Below, piece after piece: positions 28,877 to 38,870 of a stretch of DNA of 64,000 bases. Within the stretch, counting starts at the first letter, position 1, and every line of letters starts with the position of its first letter. A program made the translations under genes and the position numbers. Source of the stretch: a virus; UHGV virus genome UHGV-0371278. One strand, 5' to 3'. Below the pieces are notes generated by a model. It had not been told where the DNA came from. It made no database searches and saw only the letters and a list, made by a program, of their open reading frames with translations.

Positions 28877-29379
28877 CAGACCACCTCCAGTACCGATTGG
28901 ATAACGTTAGAAATGGCTTGACGCGCAGTCTGGGCGCCAAGATAGCTACCGAAAACAAAAGTATACGTGTTGCCTTTGCGTCGTCCGTTGTTCTGTATGG
29001 TGTCGATGGCCGGACCCTTGATGATAGTCCCATTGGACAGAACGGTGCGGCCGCCATCAGGAAGAGTGGCCACGAGAGTCGTCATATCCGGGATGATGCC
29101 CGGAAGAAATCGGAATGATCCCTTTTTGGAATTGAGAAGGATGCGAAGGTTAATATCATCCTCGCTCCCTGCGATGACGGATACAGATACTTCCAGAGGA
29201 GCAGCCTTGTCAAAGGCGAATAGGCCGCCGTCATAAAGCATCTCATATCCGAACGGCTCCAGCTCTTTGGAGGATATAGGACTCTCATCATCAGCGAACT
29301 TCGACAAGGAAAACCCCATCGGGAACGATGAGGCGGAAACTATTACAATTCCTGTGCCGAAGCCGCTGACGTTGATCAT
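28876..29379 (-). CDS. tail tube-fold paralogue (second copy)
   Basis: clear homology to 30492-30944 product: MINVSGFG...FPMGFSLSKFADDESPI...PDGGRTVLSNGTIIKG vs MINISAFG...FPNGFTVTEFADDADPI...PDGSKITCTNGTPIDG. Confidence 0.55.
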   Translation of the reverse strand: MINVSGFGTGIVIVSASSFPMGFSLSKFADDESPISSKELEPFGYEMLYDGGLFAFDKAAPLEVSVSVIAGSEDDINLRILLNSKKGSFRFLPGIIPDMTTLVATLPDGGRTVLSNGTIIKGPAIDTIQNNGRRKGNTYTFVFGSYLGAQTARQAISNVIQSVLEVV

Positions 29380-29388
29380 GTCGATTCC

Positions 29389-29820
29389 TTACTTGCTGGT
29401 GGTTTTGCGAGAGGTGGCCTTGGCGGGAGCCGGGGTTTCCTCTTCAGCGGCCGGCGAGGCCGTTTCCTCGGCCTTTTCTACTTGGGCGGTAGTCGGGGCT
29501 TCCTCGGCGCCTTTCTCGTCGCCTTGGCCCGCTGCAGGAGCTTCCTGGGCGCCTTCCGGGGCCGATTCGGCCGCAGGAGCGTCGGTCGATACCGGAGCCG
29601 GGATGGTTCCGCCGTTGTCGACATTGGAATCGACGTTTACCGGGGGAACGGGAAGACCGGCCGGCGAGGAGTCGCCCTTGTCTGTGTTCTTTTCGCGGTC
29701 CAGGCCTTCCAGGTCTTCGACCGACGGGTTGAAAGAAGGAAGCGGGTCCAGGAGCGGCGGGTTTTTGCCGTCCAAGAATAGTTGGGTGCCGTTGGCGTAT
29801 TGGATGCGGATGTTACTCAT
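29389..29820 (-). CDS. Pro/Ala/Glu-rich hypothetical protein
   Basis: ORF in operon context. Confidence 0.4.
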   Translation of the reverse strand: MSNIRIQYANGTQLFLDGKNPPLLDPLPSFNPSVEDLEGLDREKNTDKGDSSPAGLPVPPVNVDSNVDNGGTIPAPVSTDAPAAESAPEGAQEAPAAGQGDEKGAEEAPTTAQVEKAEETASPAAEEETPAPAKATSRKTTSK

Positions 29821-29821
29821 T

Positions 29822-30172
29822 TCAAACTCCTGCAGTTACAGGTCCGTGGATGGTGATGACTTTCGCATCGACGCCGAAGACTTCACCGGTGATGTCGATG
29901 TCAAGTTGCTCGATGCCGGTCACGTCCGGCGATGACAAAATCGCATCGGCGATGGATTTTCGAGCGTCATCATAACTCTTCTGCGGCGAGAAGATGTATT
30001 CGAAATATCCCACGCCGGCGTTCACATCGAAAATGTTTTCGCCGGTGCGCATGAGCATCGCCGCCCGAACGTCCTGGGCACACGCTTCTACATCCCTGAG
30101 AATGACCATGTTTCCATTGTCGTCCAAAAGGATGTCATTGTTCGCCCCGGTTCTGATCGTTGATGTGCTCAT
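29822..30172 (-). CDS. small baseplate/tail-module protein
   Basis: internal ATG (MSTSTIRTG) adjacent to upstream stop; ORF track start 30259 would overlap neighbour by 90 nt. Confidence 0.4.
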   Translation of the reverse strand: MSTSTIRTGANNDILLDDNGNMVILRDVEACAQDVRAAMLMRTGENIFDVNAGVGYFEYIFSPQKSYDDARKSIADAILSSPDVTGIEQLDIDITGEVFGVDAKVITIHGPVTAGV

Positions 30173-30492
30173 TCTTTCCTCGTGGCCAGCGCCTGATATT
30201 CTGCGAACTCGACACCGTCCAGATAGAACAGGTTTATGCCGTCGCCGAACAACGTCCAATCGGCGTCACGGTCGAAAACGAAATTGCCATAGTCGGGTCG
30301 GTACTGGTGACTATACTGGAGAAGCGGAATTCCGCCGAAGCAGCGAACCCCATGGCAAACGATCACGTTGTCGCGGCTGATATCGGCATTCATCATATCC
30401 AGATTCTGGTACAGACGAATCTTCCAATAGCTGCTGCCGGCGTTAAATGAGATCGCCTGATTCGGGACTGCTGTCAGCGGAATCTTCTTCAT
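30169..30492 (-). CDS. hypothetical tail-module protein
   Basis: synteny. Confidence 0.4.
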   Translation of the reverse strand: MKKIPLTAVPNQAISFNAGSSYWKIRLYQNLDMMNADISRDNVIVCHGVRCFGGIPLLQYSHQYRPDYGNFVFDRDADWTLFGDGINLFYLDGVEFAEYQALATRKE

Positions 30493-30944
30493 CAGCTAGT
30501 ACCGGCTTTGACCACTTTCTCGAAACGGAATCGATACGGCTTTGTCTTCAGGCGACCGACGCTCGCCACCGCATTGATCAGAACGCCGTCGATTGGAGTG
30601 CCGTTGGTACAGGTGATTTTGCTACCGTCCGGCATCGCCACGACCAGGCCGATGACATCACGAGCACCCGACTTGTCTTTTCCGGTGCGGTTGGCATCCA
30701 GCAGGACGGCCAAGTTGCGCTCGCCCTCGGTGTTCGGGATGACGTTGACGACGACTTCCAGGATGTTGGCCCGGTTCCAAACCACCATATCGCCATTCAG
30801 GCCGACGCCGGTATCGGCCGCAGTGAACGGCGGGCTGTCGATGGGGTCCGCATCATCAGCGAACTCGGTCACGGTGAATCCGTTCGGGAAGGTTCTGCTT
30901 GCCGTGAATTGGGCAATCGAGCCGAACGCAGAAATGTTGATCAT
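30492..30944 (-). CDS. tail tube protein
   Basis: 150 aa directly downstream of sheath gene. Confidence 0.6.
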   Translation of the reverse strand: MINISAFGSIAQFTASRTFPNGFTVTEFADDADPIDSPPFTAADTGVGLNGDMVVWNRANILEVVVNVIPNTEGERNLAVLLDANRTGKDKSGARDVIGLVVAMPDGSKITCTNGTPIDGVLINAVASVGRLKTKPYRFRFEKVVKAGTS

Positions 30945-31001
30945 TGCTTATTCCTCACTCCATTCATGGAAGGTTGCGGCGGTCGAGTCCGCCGCAAACC
31001 G

Positions 31002-32516
31002 TTAGATCATTACATCCGATCCTTCGACGAAGCGGATTGCATCGCCCTTCGAATAGATCAGGGTGTAGTTGGCCTTCCACTCGGTCAAGCCGGTGTTGCT
31101 GTTGGTATAGCTGGAGAAGGTGATGTTGATCCAATAACCCAAGGTTTGGACTTGACGCCAGGCGCGACGATCACCGGTGATTTGGGTGATGTACTGCTGT
31201 TGAACGGCGCTGATGTCCTTGCCATAGGTGAAAGTGCCGTTGGAAGTCGCCTTGTCCAGAACCGGCTGGAGGACGGCCAGAGTCATCGCTTCGCCTACCA
31301 TGCTGGCCGGAACGGCGTTCACATTCAGGAAAAGATCCAGAAGAGCCTGGGCGATGGCGGACTTCAGCCAGATTTCGTTGGCGTAGACGTTCATGTCCAC
31401 CGCATCGGTCGGACCGCCACACAGAATGCCGCGCTGGTAGAACGCGAGCTGTTGGCCGTTGGCCTGGGTGACGCCGATGTAGTTGCCACGGCTCTTGTCG
31501 ACGGTGTTCGCAACGGTATCGTCGGACACGGTTATGTTGCGGCCAGGGAACTGATAGTACATGTAGTTCTGCGAAGCGCCCGGCTCGTCATAGTTGGTAG
31601 CAGCCAGGATTTCGCTGGGGCACTGCTCAACGAAGTCGTTGGAGGCAGTAGCAGACAGAACGTTCAACGCGGTTCCGGAGTTACCCTTCACCAAGTCGAA
31701 AAGAGCGCCGAGATTCGCCAGAGAGGTCGCAACCGTATAGATGAACTGGTTATTCTGAGCCGCGTTCCAGGTCGACACGGCCTTGATCTGATCGTTGTCG
31801 AGGGTCGCCCCGGCGAACAGGAACGAGCCGAAGTTGTTGCTGACATTGGTGCTCTTGGCCACAGCCGCGTCGGGAAGATCGGCCGCCTGGCCGGCGACGT
31901 TCGTGACGTTGGAGGTGGACCAGCCGAGGGCGGTAGACATGTCCTGCGGATCGGCCGATTTCGCCACGGCCAGAACGCCGGTGCCGATGGTAGCGCCGAC
32001 CAAGGTGAACTGGTTGGTGTTCGGGTTCCAGGTGACGGTGGCTTGGGCCAACTGCGGATTGGTGTTCTTGCGGATTTCGGTCTGAATGATCGACGCCACG
32101 TTGTCCATGGAAGTCGCGGCGGACGTATCGATGGCCGTGATGTTTTTCTCAGCCGCGCCGACCATGATGGTCAGAACGCCTGCGGAAAAGCCGGCGAAGT
32201 CGGCGATGGTTTTCGGCAGGTTGTCACCAACTACCATCGGCGCGATGGCGGTGTTGACCCAGCGAGCGAAGCTGATGCTGGATGGTGAATTGACGCTCTT
32301 GCTGATGAACTTGAAGTAGGCCGCAGCACGCTGGTATTCTTCAGACTGGGCGCCGAAGTAAGACAGCACCGCGTTGGCATTGTCGAACTCGATGACGATT
32401 CCAGGCGGAATGACGTTGTTGGTGGTCATGACGCGCAGAATCAGCTTTCGGCCTGCGACCGGAGCGCCTGCGCCTACGCCGGAAATGATCCGGATATAAC
32501 GGCTCTGACTGATCAC
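31002..32516 (-). CDS. contractile tail sheath protein
   Basis: 504 aa, sheath-like N-terminus, followed by tube gene. Confidence 0.8.
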   Translation of the reverse strand: MISQSRYIRIISGVGAGAPVAGRKLILRVMTTNNVIPPGIVIEFDNANAVLSYFGAQSEEYQRAAAYFKFISKSVNSPSSISFARWVNTAIAPMVVGDNLPKTIADFAGFSAGVLTIMVGAAEKNITAIDTSAATSMDNVASIIQTEIRKNTNPQLAQATVTWNPNTNQFTLVGATIGTGVLAVAKSADPQDMSTALGWSTSNVTNVAGQAADLPDAAVAKSTNVSNNFGSFLFAGATLDNDQIKAVSTWNAAQNNQFIYTVATSLANLGALFDLVKGNSGTALNVLSATASNDFVEQCPSEILAATNYDEPGASQNYMYYQFPGRNITVSDDTVANTVDKSRGNYIGVTQANGQQLAFYQRGILCGGPTDAVDMNVYANEIWLKSAIAQALLDLFLNVNAVPASMVGEAMTLAVLQPVLDKATSNGTFTYGKDISAVQQQYITQITGDRRAWRQVQTLGYWINITFSSYTNSNTGLTEWKANYTLIYSKGDAIRFVEGSDVMI

Positions 32517-32532
32517 TGGATGATCTCCTGGT

Positions 32533-33114
32533 TTATGTTACTCTGCTGCTAATCGACTGGAGCATGTGAGCCGTATCGACCAGCGGTCTGTTGAAACCCT
32601 TTCTCCTGACCGTAGATGCTGAGTTAGCAACCCATGGCCCGGTCCTTATGCTTCTGGCTATGTATCCTTCCAACGCCAGGCCAATCTGGGCAAGAGCTTG
32701 ATCCGGCGTTATTTGTCCTCTGGCCAGCCTCATGGCTATTCGATTTTGGATCGCGGCGCGATCTGCTGAAAACAAGTTCCAAGCATATCGCATAAACGGT
32801 CGAGCCGGGATTGTGATCCGGTGAGGTTTTGTCACCTCGGTTTCTCCCGGAAAATCGTTTCTGACGAACCGAACGCCAACAAACCGACCCCGAACAATGG
32901 CGTCCCTAATATACCTGGTCCCGCCCGGATGGTCGATAGTTCCGCCGTACTCATTGAGGCGCGCGATTCTCGCGACTTGTATTCCGACCGATCCACCCGC
33001 CTTATCAGGATATCGAGCGGTGGAATACCATCCGGCCGAAACGGACCTGCCGCGCATGGCTCTTAACATCTGTAGGTGTGCGGCGATCAGTTCTGAATCG
33101 CGTCTCAGGCTCAT
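32533..33114 (-). CDS. putative tail completion/neck protein
   Basis: synteny between capsid and sheath. Confidence 0.35.
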   Translation of the reverse strand: MSLRRDSELIAAHLQMLRAMRGRSVSAGWYSTARYPDKAGGSVGIQVARIARLNEYGGTIDHPGGTRYIRDAIVRGRFVGVRFVRNDFPGETEVTKPHRITIPARPFMRYAWNLFSADRAAIQNRIAMRLARGQITPDQALAQIGLALEGYIARSIRTGPWVANSASTVRRKGFNRPLVDTAHMLQSISSRVT

Positions 33115-33662
33115 ATGCCTATCAATACCCCATCGGCCGAATATGCTGCGTTTTCGTGCAGACGAATATACTGATTGTAAGTGACAACCATGTCAAAACT
33201 TGGGTGGAATTCGAATTGATGATTGTCGTTTTCGAATGCCTCGTTGGATATATGAGACACGCGAAGGATAAGGAAGTCCAGTTCCTTGACTCGCTGAATG
33301 GTTGAACGAGCCTGGAAATAAGCTCTCACATAATTGGCGATATCGGCTGCCGTGACTACATGATCCAGATCAGGATTTTGCCAATGAAGGGAACTTATCT
33401 GAAAAGTCGTCTCGACATGCTGTCGAGTGATTTCTACATATTTTCTGGTTGCGTTGTCCAGATGCCAATCGGTTGCCGGCCAGCCGCGAGGGATGTCAAA
33501 CAGCTTCTGGAAGAAGATGGTAGGCTTGGTTGACGTGCCCTGTTGGGTCGGCTGGGCTTTCTGCACAACCTCAAAATCAGGAAGCTGCAAAGTTTCTTTG
33601 GCAGACGTCATGGCGGCAGTAAGCTCGACCACCAATTTTTCTATCAGTTCGCCGTCAAACAT
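33111..33662 (-). CDS. hypothetical head-tail joining protein
   Basis: synteny; ATGA overlap with downstream gene. Confidence 0.35.
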   Translation of the reverse strand: MFDGELIEKLVVELTAAMTSAKETLQLPDFEVVQKAQPTQQGTSTKPTIFFQKLFDIPRGWPATDWHLDNATRKYVEITRQHVETTFQISSLHWQNPDLDHVVTAADIANYVRAYFQARSTIQRVKELDFLILRVSHISNEAFENDNHQFEFHPSFDMVVTYNQYIRLHENAAYSADGVLIGI

Positions 33663-33669
33663 ACACCAC

Positions 33670-34041
33670 CTAGAAAGTCGGTTTCCCGTCATCGGTGAAC
33701 TTGGCAGCACCGATATCCACGGCTAAGCAGACTCCCCAGCCGTCCTGATAAAACCAAGAGCCTTGAGACTCTAGTTGAAAAACCCTTCCGGTCCAGATAA
33801 ACTGGTCACCGGCCAAATCTCGATCCAAGTTAACCATCTCAAAGTTGGCGAAGATCATGACGTAATTTCGTTGAAACTCCAGATTGAACTGGACATACTG
33901 ATCGCGACGAACCCTTTGGATGGAAGCGGCCAATTGGAATGGTTCGCCAAACACAGAAACGTACTGCGCCTGGCTATTCTTCGTCCTCTGCTCGAATTTG
34001 CGATACTGAACGAGCTGCGTTCCTATGACGCTAAATGCCAT
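33670..34041 (-). CDS. hypothetical head-tail joining protein
   Basis: internal ATG chosen to avoid 138-nt overlap. Confidence 0.3.
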   Translation of the reverse strand: MAFSVIGTQLVQYRKFEQRTKNSQAQYVSVFGEPFQLAASIQRVRRDQYVQFNLEFQRNYVMIFANFEMVNLDRDLAGDQFIWTGRVFQLESQGSWFYQDGWGVCLAVDIGAAKFTDDGKPTF

Positions 34042-34064
34042 ACGCAGCAGATTCGCTCCAGGGA

Positions 34065-34532
34065 TCACCAGAACGTCCCTCCAACCTTCCGGAACCCTCG
34101 GCGTTCTGGAAGGCCGCCGATGTAGAATCCGCCAACGGCCTTGACACTCAGAAGCGCCCACAGTTCCTGACCGTAAGGCGTCCCGGAAAGCCACCACTGC
34201 CAACCATTCTTGGCAGGGGGCGCGAGCTTGGCAACGCTAACCTCGCCGACCGTAGCGCTAGTGATGAAACCGCCTTGGGTCCCACCTGCTGTGACCCCGC
34301 CACCGGCCGCGCCCTGAACTTGCATCGTCGACAGCGAAAGGAGGTGGGCCGTCAGAAGATACAGACAGGCCTCCAAAGCTTTGCCATTGAGAATTCGGTA
34401 TGGAGAATCTCGATCAGAAATGAATTCGCACGCAATGTCGAAATAAAGCTGCAGGCGCACAGCCGGATAGGACTCTTGGTCAGCAAACTCCGGAAACAGC
34501 GTGCGAAACTTTTGCTCGTCGAAAATTACCAT
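34065..34532 (-). CDS. putative head-tail connector protein
   Basis: synteny. Confidence 0.35.
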   Translation of the reverse strand: MVIFDEQKFRTLFPEFADQESYPAVRLQLYFDIACEFISDRDSPYRILNGKALEACLYLLTAHLLSLSTMQVQGAAGGGVTAGGTQGGFITSATVGEVSVAKLAPPAKNGWQWWLSGTPYGQELWALLSVKAVGGFYIGGLPERRGFRKVGGTFW

Positions 34533-34546
34533 ACCGAAACCCTCGG

Positions 34547-34984
34547 TTAAACCCGGAACTCTTGTTCCTGGGAAGCGCTGGCAGTAGTCACTTTAATCTT
34601 CTGCTTCAGGCGAGCAGAATCCAGAGGCTGAAAACCATCGCGCTCCATGGTGCGAGTCTCTTTCGCAATCCGCTGGTGGTCATTGGTGATGTCGGTTTTC
34701 ACGACTCGCAGATAACCTTTCTCCATGTGCCGCATGAAGATTTTGTTGGTCTGGAGCAGTTCGAAATCGGAATCGCTCACCGCCGTGCAATCGCCCTGCG
34801 GCGTCCAGATCGGGCGCCCGGATGCGTCGGAAATCATGTCGCCGAAGCCGGATGTTTCGGATGCAATGCCAGCGCGGCCGCGAATCAGCACCTTTCTCTG
34901 GAGACGAGGGTTGGACGGATCAGAGGTGTCATACGCATTGTAAGACACGGATTGAGTCATTGCGGAAACGATGTAAACAGTCAT
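34547..34984 (-). CDS. hypothetical protein
   Basis: synteny. Confidence 0.35.
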   Translation of the reverse strand: MTVYIVSAMTQSVSYNAYDTSDPSNPRLQRKVLIRGRAGIASETSGFGDMISDASGRPIWTPQGDCTAVSDSDFELLQTNKIFMRHMEKGYLRVVKTDITNDHQRIAKETRTMERDGFQPLDSARLKQKIKVTTASASQEQEFRV

Positions 34985-35045
34985 TGGCGTAGTCCTATTA
35001 ATTATGCCCTAACCGGCCCCTACAACCGAGTCAGAGTCAGAGTGA

Positions 35046-35071
35046 ACAAAGGCCGGAAGCCCGGCCTTTGG
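35046..35071 (-). terminator. hairpin terminator/attenuator downstream of major capsid gene
   Basis: aaaggccgg/ccggccttt stem directly after capsid stop. Confidence 0.5.
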
Positions 35072-35085
35072 TGAGTCAGCATCGG

Positions 35086-36234
35086 TTAGATGCCGAGGTA
35101 GCGCACCACAGCCCAAGGGCGTTTGCAAAGAGCACCGGCAGTGCCGTTGGAGAAATCCTCCACATACGACTTCGCCCGCTTTTCGACGCCAAGGGTGATG
35201 AACTTGCTCTGAACCAGCTGGCTGAACACGCTGCCGCCATCGGTGCTGCCATCGACGGACGCGTCCACTTCTTCGACGAAGAGGACCAGGGCGTCTTCCG
35301 GCGTTTGGCCCTGCATCTGGATGCCGGACAGCTCCGGAGCCGACACGATCCGCATCTTCGGATAGGTCTGTTCGATCCAGTCAGAAACCGAAATGCCGTA
35401 AGGCGTGGTCACCGACAGGTAGTCCACCTTGCTGGTGGCCAGGGCCATGGTGATCTTCTCGGCCTTCGGGTCGATCTGGTCTTGGCTCTGGATGCGCAGC
35501 TGGCGGACGGCCTCACGGATATCCCCGATGATACCCGCCCAATCGGCAGTGGCCCAGCCCTGGCTCGGCGGAGTCTGGAACGGCGGCAGGTGGGGGTCAT
35601 TCAGGAAACCATAGGTGCGGTTGCCCAGGCCGCTCTGCCAGCCGTAAAAACCGATGGCGTTGCGGAAGATTTCCAGACCGATGGCCGCCTGCTGACGCTT
35701 GGTCTCTGCGCTGTTCAGTCGAATGGCCGAAGCGCGGCCCTCTTCCAGAGTACCCACGAGCAGACCCAGCTCACCACGAACGATGGTGCGGCGCTCGAAG
35801 TTGGCGTTCCAACTGGTCAGCGGGATGTTGGTGTGGTCACCGTATTCCACCGCAGTGCCGGCCGGCTCAACGATACCCTGAACGATTTCCTGGTCTTCCC
35901 AGGAGCCAACGGTGTCGATGCCGATGATCTCATCGATTTTCCGCGCGGCGGTCATGACCTTCACGAACCCAGGCAACCAGGTCTGAAGGAACTGGATGGG
36001 GGTCGGGATGGACGGCGTAGTCACCGGGGCGGTGAAGTTGCTGTCCATGGCCGAGCCGGAACGGAATGCGCCGGCCTTCGCCAAGGCCTTGATCTGGTCC
36101 TGGACGACGGCGTGATCGAATACCAGGCCGATGCGACCCAGGGCGGCCACGGCTTCGTGGGTGATGTTCTTCAGGTCGAATGGCCTTGCGTGACGGCCTG
36201 CGAGGCGCGAATGGGTCTTACTGATATGGCTCAT
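35086..36234 (-). CDS. major capsid protein
   Basis: 382 aa, strong AAGGAGG RBS, followed by terminator, located after protease/scaffold gene. Confidence 0.75.
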   Translation of the reverse strand: MSHISKTHSRLAGRHARPFDLKNITHEAVAALGRIGLVFDHAVVQDQIKALAKAGAFRSGSAMDSNFTAPVTTPSIPTPIQFLQTWLPGFVKVMTAARKIDEIIGIDTVGSWEDQEIVQGIVEPAGTAVEYGDHTNIPLTSWNANFERRTIVRGELGLLVGTLEEGRASAIRLNSAETKRQQAAIGLEIFRNAIGFYGWQSGLGNRTYGFLNDPHLPPFQTPPSQGWATADWAGIIGDIREAVRQLRIQSQDQIDPKAEKITMALATSKVDYLSVTTPYGISVSDWIEQTYPKMRIVSAPELSGIQMQGQTPEDALVLFVEEVDASVDGSTDGGSVFSQLVQSKFITLGVEKRAKSYVEDFSNGTAGALCKRPWAVVRYLGI

Positions 36235-36243
36235 GACGCCTCC

Positions 36244-36879
36244 TTACTGCGTGAGCTGGACGATGGTAACGCCAGCCACCAGATTTCCCGCCGACTGGGC
36301 GGGCAGGCTGATGGAATTGACGATACGCGCGTTGGGGATTTGAACCAGGCCGGTTGGCATGGCGCCGGCCTTGAAACCGACCAGGGCGCCGGCCGGCAGG
36401 CCCAGGGCATTGTCGGCGGTAGGCAGTCTGTTCGGTACATATGCCACCGGATCGCCGTAACTCAAATCCAGAGCGGTGGCGGCGCCGTTGAAGATTTCGA
36501 CAACCAGGCCGGTGGCCATGTCGAAGAACTCGCCTTCGGAACCATCGGGCAGGTCATAGCTGGGGGCCAGGGAATCGCCGGCCGACCCGTACAAAGCATA
36601 ATGCTTCGGGTGGCCGAGGATGCCGAAGAAGGTTGCGCCGCCGACCACGACTTCAGAAGCGCGCGCGGCAACGGTCTTCGGCTGGCCTTCACCGAGGGAG
36701 CCGACATCACCTGCGTAGCCAAACGCGCGACTGATACGGTTGGGTCCGGTGGCAGTAGCGGCCGGAGTGACGGATGCCAGCGCCATGATCCGACCCGGCC
36801 GCGCCCGCTTCGGGCCGTCCTCGATCAGATCACCAGGAAAACCAGGAGTGTACTGGCGATAGACTTGTTTCTGGAACAT
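36244..36879 (-). CDS. putative head decoration/minor capsid protein
   Basis: position between scaffold and capsid genes. Confidence 0.35.
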   Translation of the reverse strand: MFQKQVYRQYTPGFPGDLIEDGPKRARPGRIMALASVTPAATATGPNRISRAFGYAGDVGSLGEGQPKTVAARASEVVVGGATFFGILGHPKHYALYGSAGDSLAPSYDLPDGSEGEFFDMATGLVVEIFNGAATALDLSYGDPVAYVPNRLPTADNALGLPAGALVGFKAGAMPTGLVQIPNARIVNSISLPAQSAGNLVAGVTIVQLTQ

Positions 36880-36882
36880 GGG

Positions 36883-38325
36883 TTACTCCCCCTTCAGGTA
36901 ACTGTCCAGCTCGGCGCACTGCGGAGCAGAACTGGCCGAATCCTGGGCTTTCGATTGACGGCTGGCCGCGCCACGAGCAGCTTCGACGCCTTTCAGGTAC
37001 ATGTCGAGCGCCAGAACTTCCTGGCCCTTCTCACAGCGGATCGCCAGCTTCTTCACGCCGTAAACAGCGACTTCAGCCGAGTCCATAGCTCGGTGATCGA
37101 ACGCACCAACCACGGAACTAAGACGCTTGTAGAGGCGATCTTTAGCAGCAATGTCGCGATAGAGACCGCGAATTGCTGCATCTTGCGCGTTCTTCTGTGC
37201 CATTTCAGGAAGTTCCTCGCTGTTATCCTTGCTCTCACCACCATCGTCGCTGGCTGTTTGCGAGCCGCTGAGGCTGCTCTGCTCCTCCAAACCCTCGACG
37301 ACATCTTGGCCTTCGCCATGTTCTTCGTCCGCCTCTTCGGCTACCGTGCCTTCCAGTCGAGCCAGAATGGCTTTGACCTGAGAGATCAGTTCGGCGACTT
37401 CGCCTTCACCGGACATTTCGGATGCGGCGCTTTCTTGATGCTCCGGCTCGACGGCGGCCACGGCCGGATCGACAACGGAAGGCTCCTCTTCCTGCTCTTC
37501 GTCGTCCTTCTGGGCACCTTCCAGAGTCGGATGCTCGGTCAGGTGCTCGCTGTCGGTCGGTTCGGCCGGAGCGGCTGCGCCTTCTTGGTGCTCCGGCTCC
37601 TGCGCCTGCGCCTCTTCGCCCAGGAACTTCTGGACAGATGCAGAGAGCTTCGGCCACAGGGCGCGCAACTCTTCGACCGCCGAATCAGCAGCTTGTCCTG
37701 CGCGCTGGACAGGAGTCTTCTGCTTGGCTTTCTTGAGACCCATTTCATTACCCTCATCGGATGGTCTGAAATCAAAACTGAGATGGTCAAAGCACAGACC
37801 ATCCAATACTCTGGCCCCCGGCACACGACCCTCTTTTACCAGGGCGATGTGGTTGCCGCGCATCTTGTCCTGGACGACTTCATAAGGCGTTCCATTCCAG
37901 ATGCCGGGTTGCTCAGTGTAGCGGCAACTATAGCCTAGGGACAGATCTTCCTTGCCCCTTTCCAGCTGATTCTGCATGTTGCGGGAATAGATGCGGATAT
38001 CGCCGCGAGCCCATGGAGCTTCGTAGTAGGCGTTGGCTGTGATGATGCCTTCCACGCCTTTGTCTTCGGGAGCCACGCCGTCGTCATCGCCGTCGAATCC
38101 CGACAGCATTTCGTGCTCGTCGATCAGCGGGAGATTCTTCAGAGATTCGATGTACTCAGGATCGCTAACGGCAGACTCCGGACGATACACGTTGACAATC
38201 CGCATCGGATCGCCCGGAAGACCGAGTTGACCGGCAGAATATTGGAAAATGCCATAAGAGCTGATTGGACAACCCTCGATGGTCATATATCCATTTTCGT
38301 CAATTTTTCTTTTCGACTTTGCCAT
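36883..38325 (-). CDS. prohead protease/scaffolding fusion-like protein (DUF2213-like N-terminus, long acidic coiled-coil middle)
   Basis: N-terminal domain typical of phage prohead protease-like DUF2213, acidic E/A-rich scaffold-like region. Confidence 0.55.
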   Translation of the reverse strand: MAKSKRKIDENGYMTIEGCPISSYGIFQYSAGQLGLPGDPMRIVNVYRPESAVSDPEYIESLKNLPLIDEHEMLSGFDGDDDGVAPEDKGVEGIITANAYYEAPWARGDIRIYSRNMQNQLERGKEDLSLGYSCRYTEQPGIWNGTPYEVVQDKMRGNHIALVKEGRVPGARVLDGLCFDHLSFDFRPSDEGNEMGLKKAKQKTPVQRAGQAADSAVEELRALWPKLSASVQKFLGEEAQAQEPEHQEGAAAPAEPTDSEHLTEHPTLEGAQKDDEEQEEEPSVVDPAVAAVEPEHQESAASEMSGEGEVAELISQVKAILARLEGTVAEEADEEHGEGQDVVEGLEEQSSLSGSQTASDDGGESKDNSEELPEMAQKNAQDAAIRGLYRDIAAKDRLYKRLSSVVGAFDHRAMDSAEVAVYGVKKLAIRCEKGQEVLALDMYLKGVEAARGAASRQSKAQDSASSAPQCAELDSYLKGE

Positions 38326-38339
38326 CGTTAATTCGAAGA

Positions 38340-38870
38340 GTCGTGGACTATGGCTGTATTATATACGCAGGACATCCAAGGGTAAATAAGCGGAACAATA
38401 ATTAGATGTAGCCGCGACTGTTAATTTACACTAGAATCTGTATTGTGATCTAATTACCGGATTTCCTCAGCCGCGAAACTGGTAACTTGGTTTCGGAAAT
38501 TTGACGGGATTTGTCTAAGCCTACTGCCGCAAGACTTTCAATCTTTAAACTAATCCAAATTACCAATTTACCAATTAAAAATTGAATTTCAATACGTATA
38601 TAGCATATAGATTGACGTTATATTATAACGTTCCTTATAGATGGATTCTATTAGAACGCTACTCCTAATTTCTCATGCTATATACTTTTGCAGCATGCGG
38701 CGAAATCGGAAATTAGGAATTTAGCATGTTAAAGCCTTGCGGCAGTAGGCTTTCCAAATTACCGCTATTTCCCCAGAAACGGTAATTTGCGGCTATCCGG
38801 ACCCGAATTTTTATTCAGAATCCGGATTTTCGCGGCATCATCAGCCGAAAGCAATCAGGATTGAGACGCC
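38340..38870. repeat. noncoding element A: AT-rich core flanked by a perfect 15-bp inverted repeat (gcctactgccgcaag 38519-38533 / cttgcggcagtaggc 38746-38760), contains a 17-bp palindrome acgttatattataacgt (38625-38641)
   Basis: no ORFs; homologous to element B at 56630-56900. Confidence 0.6.

Noticed and set aside
30447-32288. 613-aa plus-strand ORF
   Set aside because: Antisense to sheath and tube genes; Arg/Gly/Asp-rich composition typical of high-GC antisense frames.
35068-37938. 956-aa plus-strand ORF
   Set aside because: Antisense to capsid, decoration and scaffold genes, which have strong RBSs and recognisable products; spurious.
38340-38870. tRNA or small RNA gene in AT-rich intergenic regions (also 42335-42500, 56672-56800)
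   Set aside because: No cloverleaf-compatible stems, GTTC/T-loop or anticodon-arm pattern seen by eye; cannot exclude without tRNAscan.
38340-38870. Elements A and B as bona fide transposable MITEs
   Set aside because: Terminal inverted repeats are present, but no target-site duplication is visible and the internal sequences carry promoter- or origin-like features; kept as a finding, not called mobile elements.
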